Shown here: positions 38,276 through 51,165 of the stretch, piece after piece
Layout: the number at the start of each line of letters is the position of its first letter
Position numbering within the stretch: position 1 is the first letter of the stretch
Origin: Octopus bimaculoides
Lineage: Eukaryota
Direction of reading: 5' to 3'
Length of the DNA stretch: 63,988 bases
Assembly: GCF_001194135.2 (NCBI RefSeq)
Contig: NC_068985.1
Location: 49,627,221 to 49,691,208, forward strand
Made by a program: the position numbers and the translations under genes
Notes under the pieces: model-generated
The model's database searches: none
The model's input: only the letters and a program-made list of their open reading frames with translations
Told to the model about the DNA's origin: nothing

Positions 38276-39910
38276 TGTATATTCATATATACACTTCTTT
38301 CCAGAACCACCTCCTTTCAAAATCCATCCCTTACTTACACATGCATAACTACCATAGCCGTTACTTGGAAATGAATGTTATGTGGTAACATGTACCATAC
38401 TGTCACTAATAATTTTAGGTGTCTTTGGAGTGTAAGAAGAAATAGATAACTTCTCACCTCTCCCAACTTGACTCAGCAGAACATCTAAGATGGAATGGCT
38501 TAAGAGGGAGGAAGTGTTGCACCAACGTTCAGTTAGTACTCACTTCAGTTGAGTAAACATGGAGTGACAAAAATGAAGTGCTTTACTCAATTATATAACG
38601 TACTAACCAGACCATGAATTGAAACCACATCTTTCTGATCAGGAGCTTCAAGTTATGAACACTAGGTCACACACCCTTACACACATACACACACAAATAC
38701 ACATACATGAATTATATACAAGTGTGTGTGTGTGTGTGTGTGTGTGCTCGCACTTGCATATTTGAAATACTTTTCTCTTTATCATTTCATAAATGTACAG
38801 ATTCTCGTTCTTCGTCATCCCTACCTCACCCATCTCCTCTATCTCCAAAGTATTTCCAATTTCAGTGGTTATAAGCAGTGACTGGTAGAGATAGGACACT
38901 GCGATTGTTATGATTACTCAAGGTAAATAAGGATGTGCTGTGCTAGCAGGTAAATATAAGTCGGAAATATAAAAAATTTTTTTTATCTATTTAAGCAGGT
39001 TAACTTAGGAAATAAGGATCTCAAAATATCTACTGAGATGAAGATTTAACTCGTCACATATAAATTGGATTAAGAATATATGTTGCTATATGTAAAGTAC
39101 AGATTGTTGGCAGTGTGGCCATACACACACATACGTGTGTGCATGTGTGTACATATATATAACACATACATATACAGATATATATATACATACACAACAG
39201 AATCAAATTCAAAAGACCCTTTAGCATTAAAATTATATATAAAAATTTTACTTTTTTTGTGTTATTATCTGATTAAATACATTTGTATGACTATCTTTTG
39301 TATGTTTCAAAAGGACATTATAACCAAAAGATGAGAATATTCTTTCTTCTAAAAAATGGCACAATGTATGGGCTTATTATCATCATTTAACATCTAACTT
39401 CTTTGCTGACAAAGGTTGGATTGTTTGACAAGATCAAAGCAGAGTTGGAGAATTGTGTTGAGCTCCAATACACACACTTACACACACACACACTACACAC
39501 ACACACACACACACATGCATGCATACACACACCAGTAAGTAGTTACAGATAAATGTATACATATTCAAACAAAGACATGACTGGTCAAATAGCAATATTA
39601 TTAGGTTACTAGCCTGTTGATCAGATTTGTGCAGACTGGGGTTGAAATTCCTAAGGTAAACAATGTCATAACAACATACTAGCAAAAGAAGACACAACTG
39701 CCTAACAAAGCCCTGCAAAATGATCTTCATCAGAGACATTCCTACACAAATGCAAGATATGCAATATATGCCTAAGACATATATAAATTAATGTATATAG
39801 GTTTTTTTCACTTTTATGGTAGATAGCTAGAAAATGTGCTCTTACATGCTACATGTGCCCCAATTTCAATTATATGGCTTTGATTCTTAAAATAGCATGC
39901 TCTAGTGTAA

Positions 39911-40128
39911 CCCTTTAGAATTCCGATTACTCTGTCAAATGTAATGATTATTTATTCAGTGTCCTCAATTAATCATGCATTAACTTGTGGCTTTGATATT
40001 TTGATGATGCGATTGTTAATACTAACAATGACATTGTAGGTTAGGTGCATGCAGCAGTATCTGATGGGTTTGAACATAAAACAAGTAAAATACTCAGGCC
40101 AGATATGATCGGTTTAAATGTTGAAGGG
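39911..40128. mobile_element. piggyBac-type MITE, same family as 24154-24373
   Basis: gtaa-ccctttag..gattactctgtcaaat..gaaggg-TTAA. Confidence 0.7.
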
Positions 40129-41105
40129 TTAAGTAACAGGAGTTACCATTGGTTTGTGCAAAGTGGAGGGGAGAACTTATTATTATACTTTTAATGCAAA
40201 CAGTGAGTCCAAAAAAAAAAAGATCTGTTCAACAGAACTTTAGATGTATACCAAATGTTCTGACATGGTCAATATTGAGAACAGTTTACCAGCAGCTAGA
40301 ACCAATAAGAGAACCTTTGCATTGTCAATCTCATCTCCCTGTAATTCAAGGGTGTGCCCGGATACCTTATCACCATCATCTCTTTTTACAGCTCCACAGT
40401 AAAACATCTGTTCCTGTTAGTTTATCATCACCTGACAGAAAACTCCTCAATACTACACCCCACCACCTCACTAGAGGGGTCTTATCTTGAAAGCTACTTT
40501 AGTGACCTCTCAAGTGCCAGTGCCATGAAAATAGTACCCAATATACTCTGTAAAGTGGTTGGCAATAGGAAGGTCATTTAGCCATAGAAACTATGCCAAA
40601 GCAGACATTGGAGTTTAGTGCAACCTCTGGCAAGTCAGCTGCTGCCAAATTGTCCAACCTAATCCAGTATGGAAAGCAGATGTGAAATGGTGGTGATGAT
40701 GATGGTACATAGCTTGAGTCCATCTAAAACATACAGACTTAGTCTGAAGCTTGTTTCTAGTTTCCATGTAGTTTAAGCATTTGAGATTATAAAATTTTCC
40801 CCTGGATGTGCCACTGGTATTCTTGTTTTTCAGTTGTGTGGACTAAGGCAACACAAAGAGCAAAGATAACATGGTGCCCATCAGAGAATCAAACCCATGA
40901 CCTAATGATCTTGAGCCAAACACTAACCACTAGGATACATGCCTTCTCAGTCACACACACACACACACACACTTTTCTCTCGCTCTCTCTCAAAATATAC
41001 ATTGTATTGGCCTATAATATATAATATTTCCATGTTGCCATGGAGTATATTCATCTATATAACTTATTTCAATGCTGGCATAGAGTTGTACAGGTTTGTA
41101 ATGTA

Positions 41106-41142
<37 letters not shown>

Positions 41143-41228
41143 ACACTGTGTNNNNNNNNNNNNNNNNNNNNNNNNNNNNNNNNNNNNNNNNNNNNNNNNN
41201 NNNNNNNNNNNNNNNNNNNNNNNNNNNN

Positions 41229-41287
<59 letters not shown>

Positions 41288-41692
41288 CTATGCATCAGTA
41301 TCTTTCAATCCAGCTGAACAAAACCCATAGTGTTATAAAAATATGCCATTGTCTTGCAGTAAAATATGTGTGCAGAAAGTACAACTTTTCAGAATTTGAA
41401 GACAAATTGCTTTACAACAATGCATAGGAAGTTATCTTAGAAGAACAGAGAAGAAGCAGTGAGCTGAGAAAATAATTGGGTAATGAAGGCAATGAAGCAT
41501 GTACAGAGATGAGACAACACATTATAGTGATGATAGAAAATAACCATAGATGAAAGAGGAATCAAGTGAACATGATTTTATCTGTTATGAGAACAATAAT
41601 ACAGGATTGAGTGAGATGAAAAGATGGTACATTACAAACCTATACAACTCTATGCCAGCATTGAAATAAGTTATATTGATGAATATACTCCA

Positions 41693-41800
41693 TGGCAACA
41701 TGGAAATATTATATATTATAGGCCAATACAACTCCATGCCAACATGGAAATATTATATATTATAGGCCAATACAACTAACTCCATGCCAACATGGAAACA
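41693..41800 (+). repeat. ~43-bp tandem repeat (about 2.5 copies)
   Basis: actccatg(g/c)caacatggaaatattatatattataggccaataca repeated. Confidence 0.8.
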
Positions 41801-43269
41801 TGGTATCTTACAAAAGAATATACTCCATGCTGATGAGGCACATTACAGACCAATATTTTTTCATGGATTTTCATGACTTTGTTGCCATCCAATTCCATTA
41901 TTATGAATTTGGATTGGGAGCTTCAGTTATAGTGAATCTTTATACAACCATGGATGCCACCCCTATGGCTGTGTTGCAATTACTCTCTTGATAAAGCTTG
42001 GTGATCCTGGTCATTGGTCTTCAAGAATTCCTCTGCTCAGCATCAATGTAAGAAGCACTGTTGGCTCAGCTGAGCTCTTCCACTACCTCTTCACAATCCA
42101 CCATGCTGCAGTCCCATGATTTCACCATATCCCTGGCAGAGTGGCTGAACAAGTGCTATGCTTTGCCAAAGGGCAGCCCATAACTATGCAGGGCATGGTC
42201 ATCACTCCAGAAGGTATTTTCAAAAACCCACATATCCAAACAGACCAATATAACTTCATGTTAATATGGAAAGAGATATTGAGAAAGCTCACTTAATCTT
42301 GGAAGTCATCATCTTTACTAATATATCAAACTTTACACTGAGTGGTATTCCTCATAACAAGAAATATCAAGTTCCTTGGATTCCAGATTTCACACTATTT
42401 TCATATTATATTAATGAAAGAATATTTTAAAATAGTGATATTGCATTGCCAAATGAAGGAATATTTTATACAGAACCCATGATTAACATTTGGTAGCTCA
42501 ATGCATATCTGTCAAATTTCACCTATATGACATGGGTCAACCCAAGGCAATTGCAGAAAATTCCAGCTGACAGTGCGAAAGAACCTTCAAATACATAGTT
42601 CCAAAGAGAACTTTTTAATCACATAGGCGTGTGTGCGTGTGTATGTGTGTGTGTGCATGAATGCATGTGTTTTTTCATGCTATGAAACTCAAACCAAATG
42701 TAACAAATCTATTATGCAAATCTGAAATGTATATATTAAATAATTTCAAAATATCACTATTTGGTTTGACTTCACTTTTACAGCTGTTGTTCAGTGTTAC
42801 TTTTAGTGCTCTCAGTGCCATGGGATCTGCCTATCTTGTATCGGTCTTGTCAGCCACATTCACACTAATGAGAAACAATGTGCTGGAAGCAGAGGAGGAT
42901 GACTACCTTGGATTGGTGTTGTCATCACCTTTGGATGGGCAGTCAAGAAAAGTAAAAGGAAAAAAAGAATCCTTCTAGAGTACACTTTTCCATGCTTGCA
43001 TGGGTCAGATGAAATTTATTGAAGCAGATTTTCTATGGCTAGATGCTTGTTCTTTCACCAGCCCCTACTTGTTTCCAAATAAAGTAATATTTTCCCATGG
43101 CCAGATATGCTCTTGCAGAATACTAGAAATGAATGACACTGCTTGTATAAAAGTGACAATCATTTACAATTATCACGTGATAGAGACAAGGAGACACAAG
43201 CACACGCATACAAATATACATATGATACACATATATGTTTCAGTTTCCATCTGCCAAATCAACTCACTA

Positions 43270-43481
43270 CAGGGTGTCCACAAAGTCTGGGTACATGGAG
43301 TAAATAAAATCATGACATAAACAATTAAATATAAGAAATAATAATTTCTTAAAGTATGTGTTAATCCCCATGTGGGTACATGGAGTAAATAAAATCATAA
43401 CATAAAGAATAAAATATAAGAAATAATAATTTCTTAAAGTATGTGTTAATCCCCATGTACCCAGACTTTGTGGACACCCTG
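43270..43481. mobile_element. Tc1/mariner MITE with 85-bp internal duplication, inserted in a SINE A fragment
   Basis: TA-cagggtgtccacaaagtctgggtacatgg .. ccatgtacccagactttgtggacaccctg-TA. Confidence 0.9.
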
Positions 43482-43856
43482 TAGACTATGGTCAGCCTGG
43501 GGCTATAGAAGAAGATGCTTTCCCAAGGAGCCACAATGGTGGGATTGAACTTGGAACCATGTGGCTGAAAAGCAAACTTCTTATCACATCTATGTACATA
43601 TGCATGCATATATATGTGTGTGTCTATACACATGTATGCATGCATGCATGTGTAGGCATCTCAGAATTAGAGAGAGACACTCTTCATTTGATCTGTGTGG
43701 ATATTCCCTGATGTTTCAAAATTGTCAATGTATAATGCACAAGGCATGTCTGTCAAATTCTAGATTAAGTATTTAAATGCATCAAATGATATTTTGCTTC
43801 CAGAAATAAATCTTTCAAAGTTGATGGCGTCTATTTTTGAGATGTGTGTGCATGTT

Positions 43857-43907
<51 letters not shown>

Positions 43908-44547
43908 TTTGTGCTACATTTATTGTTGTATGAGTGTGTAGAAATATCTGTGTATGTATGTATGTATATGCACTTTTTTGTACTGTATTTTATCTCCTTT
44001 CAAGTTTTATCTGTTTAATAGAAAAACTATTTGAAAAATATGCAATATGGTTACTCGAGTCACTACAAACATCAGTACAATTTTCTTCAAATAATGCACA
44101 CCTTTCCATCTTAAATAAGGGAAGATATTAAAATAATGGAATCCAGAATACTTCTAAAAAGGACAGTACAACCACAACTTCTCAATCAGGGACAACCTGG
44201 GGCTAAATAACAGCAACAATTTTCTCTGTTATCAATGAAATTCTTTCCTATAATCACTGATTTTTTCCCCACAGAGCTGGTCGCCAGACATATAATCTAT
44301 GCTCACATATGTACATAAATAGCTGTATCAGTGCAAATACACATGCACACAGATATCATACACATGTGCTTATAACCAGTGCAAATACACACACATACAT
44401 ACATACATACATATATACATACATACATACATACACATGTATACACATACAGGCATATATACACTCATGTATCAGAAATAATACGGTTATGTCATTATTT
44501 GTAGAAAAGAGAAAAAAAAACTAGACAAGATTATCTCAAAACTCATG

Positions 44548-44582
<35 letters not shown>

Positions 44583-45096
44583 AAATGTATAAATAAAAGA
44601 AATCTTTCAAGGCAGAATCTTTAGGGATTTGAGAAATCCTTTGCATAAGATTTACAAGTAAACGAAACATACAAAACTAATGATGATGATGATGATAATG
44701 AAGATGATGTTGATGATGATTTCTTTCATGTATTATAATAAGAATATTAATAAGATTATGCTGAACTGTTGTGAAACCAATTTTGCTGCCATGTGATAAA
44801 AAAAGAAAGTGAAAGAATAAGTTATCAAGAATTGGTTTCTCCCAAATTAAATCTTGTTAGAGAAACCATACAAGTAATAACGAGTAATTTTGTTTACATC
44901 ATTTTTTTAATTGTATTTCAGTTATTGCCGTGATTAAAAGTGTTGCTGCTGCTGTTGTTGTTGTTCTTATTCTTGCTGTTGCTCTGTATTTTGTTTCGGG
45001 TTACTTTGGTCTCAGGGATATTTCTGTGAAGGTTCAAAACTAATCCATTGCAAATAGGAAGTAACAGATATGAGATGAAATGAGGAAATCAATAAA

Positions 45097-45133
<37 letters not shown>

Positions 45134-45381
45134 ATAGAAGTAGTAGTAGTAGTGGTGGTGGTGGTGGTGGTGTGCAGCTCAAAATCAGCCCCAAATTAGC
45201 AAACTTATAATAAAAGATATTCCAACGATGACCAGAATTGTAGTGAGATTTGGTTGCTATTTCTAGCAACTCAAACACCTTCAAAGTGCTTATAATGGTT
45301 GGTATTGGAGAGGGTGGTAGATATGGTTGAAGCACTTGTTTTTGTTGTTCAGCCTTGGATCTGTGTATCCAACTTAATTTA

Positions 45382-45438
<57 letters not shown>

Positions 45439-45449
45439 TACACACACAG

Positions 45450-45718
45450 AGATCAGGTTGTTGCTTTCTCGAGCAAGACACTTTATTTCATGTTGCTCTA
45501 GTTCACTCAGCTGTAGAAAAGAGATGTGATGTCATTGGTGCCAAACTGTATCGGCCTTTACCTTTCCCTTGGACAACATTGGTGGCATGGAGATGGGAGA
45601 CTGATATGCATGGATGACTGCTGGTCTTCCACAAACAACCTTGCCCGGATTTGTGCCTTAGAAGAGAACTTTCTTGATGCAATCCCATGGTCATTCATGA
45701 CCAAAGGAGGTCTTTACC
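45450..45718 (+). mobile_element. SINE family C body
   Basis: gagcaagacactttatttcatgttgctctagttcactcagctg..ggtcattcatgaccaaaggaggtctttacc; related pieces at 62540-62720 and 31440-31560. Confidence 0.6.
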
Positions 45719-46854
45719 ATACACACACAAACATATGCACTTCTTTGCCTCTCCAGTTCGTGCTTCACAGCATTCAATACACACACACTTCTCCACGTCT
45801 AGCTGTACAGCCTTTTTGTTTGTTTATTTCACCGTTTCGTTTTCCTGTCTTGTTTTCCGTCCGCCACTATCCTCCATGAAAAAAATTTAATTTGTGTTCG
45901 TGGGAAGAGCCATTTTAATGATGTGTCCTGCCATAACTCTTCGAAACGCCTGTGTTTTAATGGTGGCAGCTGATGAAGGATATGTTCTCTATGTGGCCTG
46001 CTTATTTTTTGTACCTTGTTTATCATTTTGTCCATGTTTTTTTGCAGCATCATGTACCCAGATATGTTTCTATATGTACATGTAGATGAAGGTATGTACA
46101 TACATGTACATATATATGCATATACTCATATATTGTTTATATATACATATATATATATATATATAGTTTTATCAACTTTCTTCTGTTGATATCCATATGC
46201 TGGCATGGCTTGAACAGTTTAACAAGAGCCAATGGGTCTGAGGACTACATTGTGCTCCAGTGTCTGCTATAGCATGGTTTCTATGGCTGGATGCCTTTCT
46301 TAATGCTAACCACTTTACAGAATGTACTGAGTGTGTTTCTCACAGTAGGCCCACTAGTGAGGTTTCCACGTAGCTTGCAAGACTAAGGTCACCTTCAGCC
46401 AAGTGGGGCTACAGTAGGGCTACAGTAAAATGACCACCACCACCTCTCCTGGAACAAGTGTCTTACTACAGAGAAGTTACATGCATGGTTATTCACATTA
46501 TCAAAAAGTAGGCAGAAGTAATTGGAAGTAGAACTGGAAAAAGAGATAAAATAGAAGCGACGAGGTGTCAATGTGAACTTTTAAGGTACAAGATGGTGAA
46601 TAGAAGTAGATTGGTACGGAAGAAGAGGATGTATGGAAAGGTAGAGATTGCAAGAGTGTGACAAGAAAGAGAAGGTTACAGATGTGGCAGGGGTGGAGGG
46701 CAGATATAAAGAATGAAAAAGAAGGGCTTAGGAGTAATTGATTTTTAAAGATGCATTGGAAGGAAGGTAAGAAGAGCAGATGATGACTATAGTGATTGGG
46801 TAAGGCTGAGGAGCAAATACAGTTAATAGTGGATCCAGAGCACCAGCTGTCTGG

Positions 46855-47245
46855 CTTCCATGCCAGTGGCACATAAATAGCACCATTTGAGCGTGATCGT
46901 TACCAACATCGCCTTCCTGGCACTTGTGCCAGTGGCACATGAAAAGACATTCGAGTGAGATCATTTCCAGTACCGCTGGACTGGCTCCTGTGCAGGTGGC
47001 ACATAAAATACACCATTTTGAGCGTGGCCGTTGCCAGTACCGCCTGACTGGCCTTCGTACCGGTGGCACGTAAAAGCACCCACTACACTCTCGGAGTGGT
47101 TGGCGTTAGGAAGGGCATCCAGCTGTAGAAACTCTGCCAAATCAGACTGAATCCTGGTGTAGCCACCTGGTTCACCAGTCCTCAGTCAAATCGTCCAACC
47201 CATGCCAGCATGGAAAGCGGACGTTAAACGATGATGATGATGATT
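46855..47245 (+). mobile_element. RTE 3'-terminal copy (four ~65-bp modules plus tail)
   Basis: Homologous to 60280-60805; gtggcac at 46866, 46932, 46996, 47063; ends cggacgttaaacgatgatgat. Confidence 0.85.
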
Positions 47246-47259
47246 ATATATATATATAG

Positions 47260-47420
47260 GTGCTCTTTATCATGGTGGAGGGGCTTGCATGGACCAATGA
47301 CTGAGAGCGATGCCACTGGGTGTTCTAAATTCCTGCTAGGGCCACTTTTGGCAGCAAGGTCGAAGATAAGGACCCAGACTGAGCACAACCAGTGGATAAA
47401 GAGGGCTATGCCACTTGAAA
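47260..47420 (+). mobile_element. RTE-like 5' UTR fragment
   Basis: tcatggtggaggggcttgcatggaccaatgactgagagcgatgcc..ctgctagggcc..aaggtcgaag..gacccagact resembles, from memory, 5' ends of BovB/Expander-type RTEs. Confidence 0.5.
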
Positions 47421-48208
47421 CTATAACTGGGTCAGCAGCAGTCCGTTGCAGTTTCATAACTGGATCCTGCGTGTTTCATTTCATATGTACCACAGAGGAC
47501 AGTCATGAAATCAAGTGTGTGGGTCACTTCCTGGCAAGTTGAGTTTCACTTTAAGCATATTCACACCATCAGTACTTTCTTCTACTCTGGCTTTCTTTCA
47601 TCTCTAACCATATATATATATTATGATATACATTGTTTTTGAAATTCACAGCCAAGTGAGACAACTACTGTACTTTGTTCATAGGGAATGTGGGTTCAAG
47701 CCTAGCCATTTACACTTTTCTTTGATATCAAAATAAGGATGGACTTCAGCATATTAAGATTTATTAAAGATATTATGGATTATTTATTTATTAGATTTCA
47801 TTCCATAGTTAAGAAGGTTTAAATCTTTCACTATGCACATTATTCTTTCAATAGATTATCAATGATTTTAATAACATAATCACAAAGGAAAGCAAAGAAA
47901 AGTGAGCCAATATTTTTTATAAATAACCGTACGCAGCTCTTTCTAGAACAAGAGATTATACGCGTTTAACAATGAATACAGCTTTCAAAGATGTTCTCAT
48001 AAAGACTGCATCTTCAGTACCACTTATGTGAACTTTATACTATCTCAAGAATTAAATGCTTCATAAAAAAAAAATTACCCCAAAAAATTCTTTTCAGGAT
48101 TTTCTATAAACTCCCAACTTCCACATAGTTTTCAAAATAGCAGTCAAGTTTCCACAGGTACTCCTAGTACAAAATTATGCATGTTATATATCTGCAGAGA
48201 GAGAGGGG

Positions 48209-48253
<45 letters not shown>

Positions 48254-49399
48254 GGCTACAGCAGCTATCGAAATACAGTCAGTCATAATGTTATGCAGCA
48301 ATGTTATACAGCCAACTAGAGGTGTTCCTATCAAGGAGTTATGGGATTCAAACAGCAGTCATCACAGAGGAAAGGGAATAAATGAAGGAAGAATGAATGA
48401 ATGAATGAATGAATGAATGACAAAGATGAATGAATGAATGAATGAATGAACAAAGATTATCATGAGGATAGTAGTAATAATTATGCTACAATAATAAATG
48501 AATTCTTTATAAGGAAACAAAAATGCAATGACTAATTTGATAAGGTACCAGATTACTTGATTAAGTGTGTCATTGGGGTTTGTATTGTCCTCAGTATATG
48601 AAGAGTTGGATAGGTTGGACAAGATACATCACTGTACTTACATGGCAAGAAAGTGGAGCCAGGAAGAGAGAGAGGCTCTAGTCTGATTAGGAGATAATTT
48701 TTATGGCATTGATATATTGATTTCTATATCGTATCTCCACTGGATATGATAGGAAATAAGGAAATTGTGAAAGATGAAGGAATGAGAGATAACACTGAAA
48801 TATTTTTATGGATTTAGTATTTTTAGCTTGAAACTGAACTAATATTTAATAGGATTTAATTCTTTAGATAGAAGAGTTGGTGAGTAGTAGAGAGGATGGT
48901 TGGAGGGAATAGTGAATTAAGAGAGAAAGCAAAACAAAAAAAAAGGAAGATGAAAGGAATAGAAGATAAAACTCTAAGGATAGATACAGATGTGGTGGGG
49001 GAGCATGTAGAAAAATGGAGACAATGTCAAACAGAATGATAATTAGACAAGGAAAAGCAGGAACAACCAGAGACTGAGAGTTATTCAGAGAGCAAGAGAC
49101 AGACACGAAGAAAGAGAGATTGGTAGATGAAGACAAAGAAAGATAAATAAATTATGATAATGCTTCTGATTAGAAGACAAAGAATTCCTAACTTCCTTGT
49201 AATCCTTCTTTAAGTGGATGAGAGTTCATGTTCCTAAGATTACAAGATATTTAATATTTACCGAACAGACTGTTTGCTTAATTCATTAATAAAATGAGAA
49301 ACTTATACAGAAGCAATATCACTGTTTGTTCAAATCACTGCTAATATGGAATATAATATAAAGAATCAACAACTTGGAAATCAATCTATATTTACATAC

Positions 49400-49456
49400 C
49401 AAGGGATAAGGGATTGGCAGGGAGGAACTCCTTTTTCGTGTTTTTATTGGGTTGTT
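49400..49456 (-). CDS. Possible 57-nt cassette exon (phase 1-1 reading xQPNKNTKKEFLPANPLSL)
   Basis: ccccttctctcag|AACAA...CCCTTG|gtatgt; symmetric and frame-compatible with neighbours, but a competing acceptor 82 nt upstream gives a stop-containing 139-nt exon. Confidence 0.3.
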
Positions 49457-49888
49457 CTGAGAGAAGGGGCTGTACTTAAGGCTTTCATAGAGTCTCCAAG
49501 AAAGATAATATTATCATTTAACAGTTGAAAGTTGTCAGCTACAGGAAAAACATATACAAGGAGGATTTTTCCAGGGAGCAGATATTCTGAAGAGGAAGGA
49601 CAGAGTGTAATTGTGCAGGATTTGATGAGTGGATGTGACAGACATGAGGAAATCAGCAATTTCTGAGGAACAGTGGTCACTGTAGTCATTAATAACTTAT
49701 CATGATAGTGTTGTTGTATCTGAGTCTGTTGTATCTATAGATTTAATCTATTTAACTTTCTAAACATCACTGTAGTTGTTTAGCCTAGGTCATTTCTAAC
49801 TGAGTAGATCTATGATCAAAGGCGTTCCAGCTATAGCCATCCTGTCTTTTTCCTATGTACAGAAAACAAAGGACCACATTATCTAATG

Positions 49889-50208
49889 CAAGGGTTTTCA
49901 AACTGTGGTCCGCGGACCACAGGGGGGTCCGCAAGGACAAGACAGGGGGTCCGTGGAAAGCCAAGACAGGGGGTCCATGCAAAGCCAAGCAAGCACATCC
50001 TTCTCACTAAGTACGTATTAAAAAAATCTTGTGTGTATAATTGACAATAAACCTATTTGCTAAATACTGTTAAATAAATAAATGTGAAAATATATGTTAT
50101 TTTAAACAAATATTTATGTATAAATTTCATAAGCGTTTATAAGGGGGTCCCTAAGGTAAAGCCTGAAATATAAAGGGGTTCGCAAGTCAAAAAGTTTGAA
50201 AACCCCTG
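49889..50208. mobile_element. hAT-type MITE
   Basis: TIRs caagggttttcaaac / gtttgaaaacccctg; perfect 8-bp TSD atctaatg (49881-49888, 50209-50216); subterminal gggggtcc repeats. Confidence 0.9.
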
Positions 50209-50375
50209 ATCTAATGTGTCCTTTTCTAAGATGATGGAGCATGGTTTAAGAGAGATCTGGCAACTATTCCTGCAGATGAAGCAACCATGTAGAAGTTCCC
50301 ACTTTGGTTTGTATATAGGAGTTGTTGGTGTTTGTGTTTCCTCAATAAACTAATTTATGTATGGATTTCTGTTGT

Positions 50376-50587
50376 ATACTCTTTTACTTGTTTCAGTCAT
50401 TTGACTGTGGCCATGCTGGAGCACCGCCTTTAGTCGAGAAAATCGACCCCAGGACTTATTCTTTGGAAGCCTAGTACTTATTCTATCGGTCTCTTTTGCC
50501 GACCCGCTAAGTTATGGGGACGTAAACACACCAGCATCAGTTGTCAAGCGATGTTCGGGGGATAAACACAGACACGCAAACACACGC

Positions 50588-50634
<47 letters not shown>

Positions 50635-50796
50635 CGACGGGCTTCTTGCAGTTTCCGTCTACCAAATCCACTCACAAGGCTTTGGTCGGCCCGAGGCTAT
50701 AGTAGAAGACACTTGCCCAAGGTGCCACGCAGTGGGACTGAACCCGGAACCATGTGGTTGGTAAGCAAGCTACTTACCACACAGCCACTTCTGCGC
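50376..50796 (-). mobile_element. Full-length tRNA-derived SINE (family A) with internal microsatellite
   Basis: Minus strand A-box tggctgtgtggtaag, B-box ggttcagtccc, CORE-like ccttgggcaagt, internal (TA)n(TG)n, tail gaaacaagtaaaagagta; 15-bp TSD atggatttctgttgt at 50361-50375 and 50797-50811. Confidence 0.9.
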
Positions 50797-51124
50797 ATGG
50801 ATTTCTGTTGTGTATGGATTTCTCAATACAATGTTAAGTTTATGAATTTCTGCAGTATAAGGAGCAATTTGTGGTGTTTTGTATTCTAAATATTTCTTTA
50901 CATTTTCATGTAAAGAATTAAGATCTTTCAACAGTGTTATATTGTTGTGCTGTGTTTTAATACTGTATTCTCTGAAAGTAGGTGACCAAACCAATTATAG
51001 ATGTTTAGATATACTTGATTCTAACAAAATGAAAATCAATTAACAATTGGGAATTTCCATCCATTCTGGAAAAAGAAACAAAAGATCTTATTACAGTTTC
51101 AGATCAAAAACTTCCAACAAATCA

Positions 51125-51165
<41 letters not shown>

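Noticed and set aside
38790-38860. Minus-strand exon SLLITTEIGNTLEIEEMG
   Set aside because: Phase 0 to 1 fits the downstream exon but not the upstream phase-1 exons; splice sites only moderate.
45905-45995. Hammerhead-like words (cgaaac ... ctgatgaagg)
   Set aside because: Order would need a type II fold, but no helix I hairpin or valid NUH site can be formed.
46860-47075. CRISPR-like array (regular ~65-bp period)
   Set aside because: Units are homologous along their whole length with no unique spacers, eukaryotic context, no cas genes; they are LINE 3' UTR modules.
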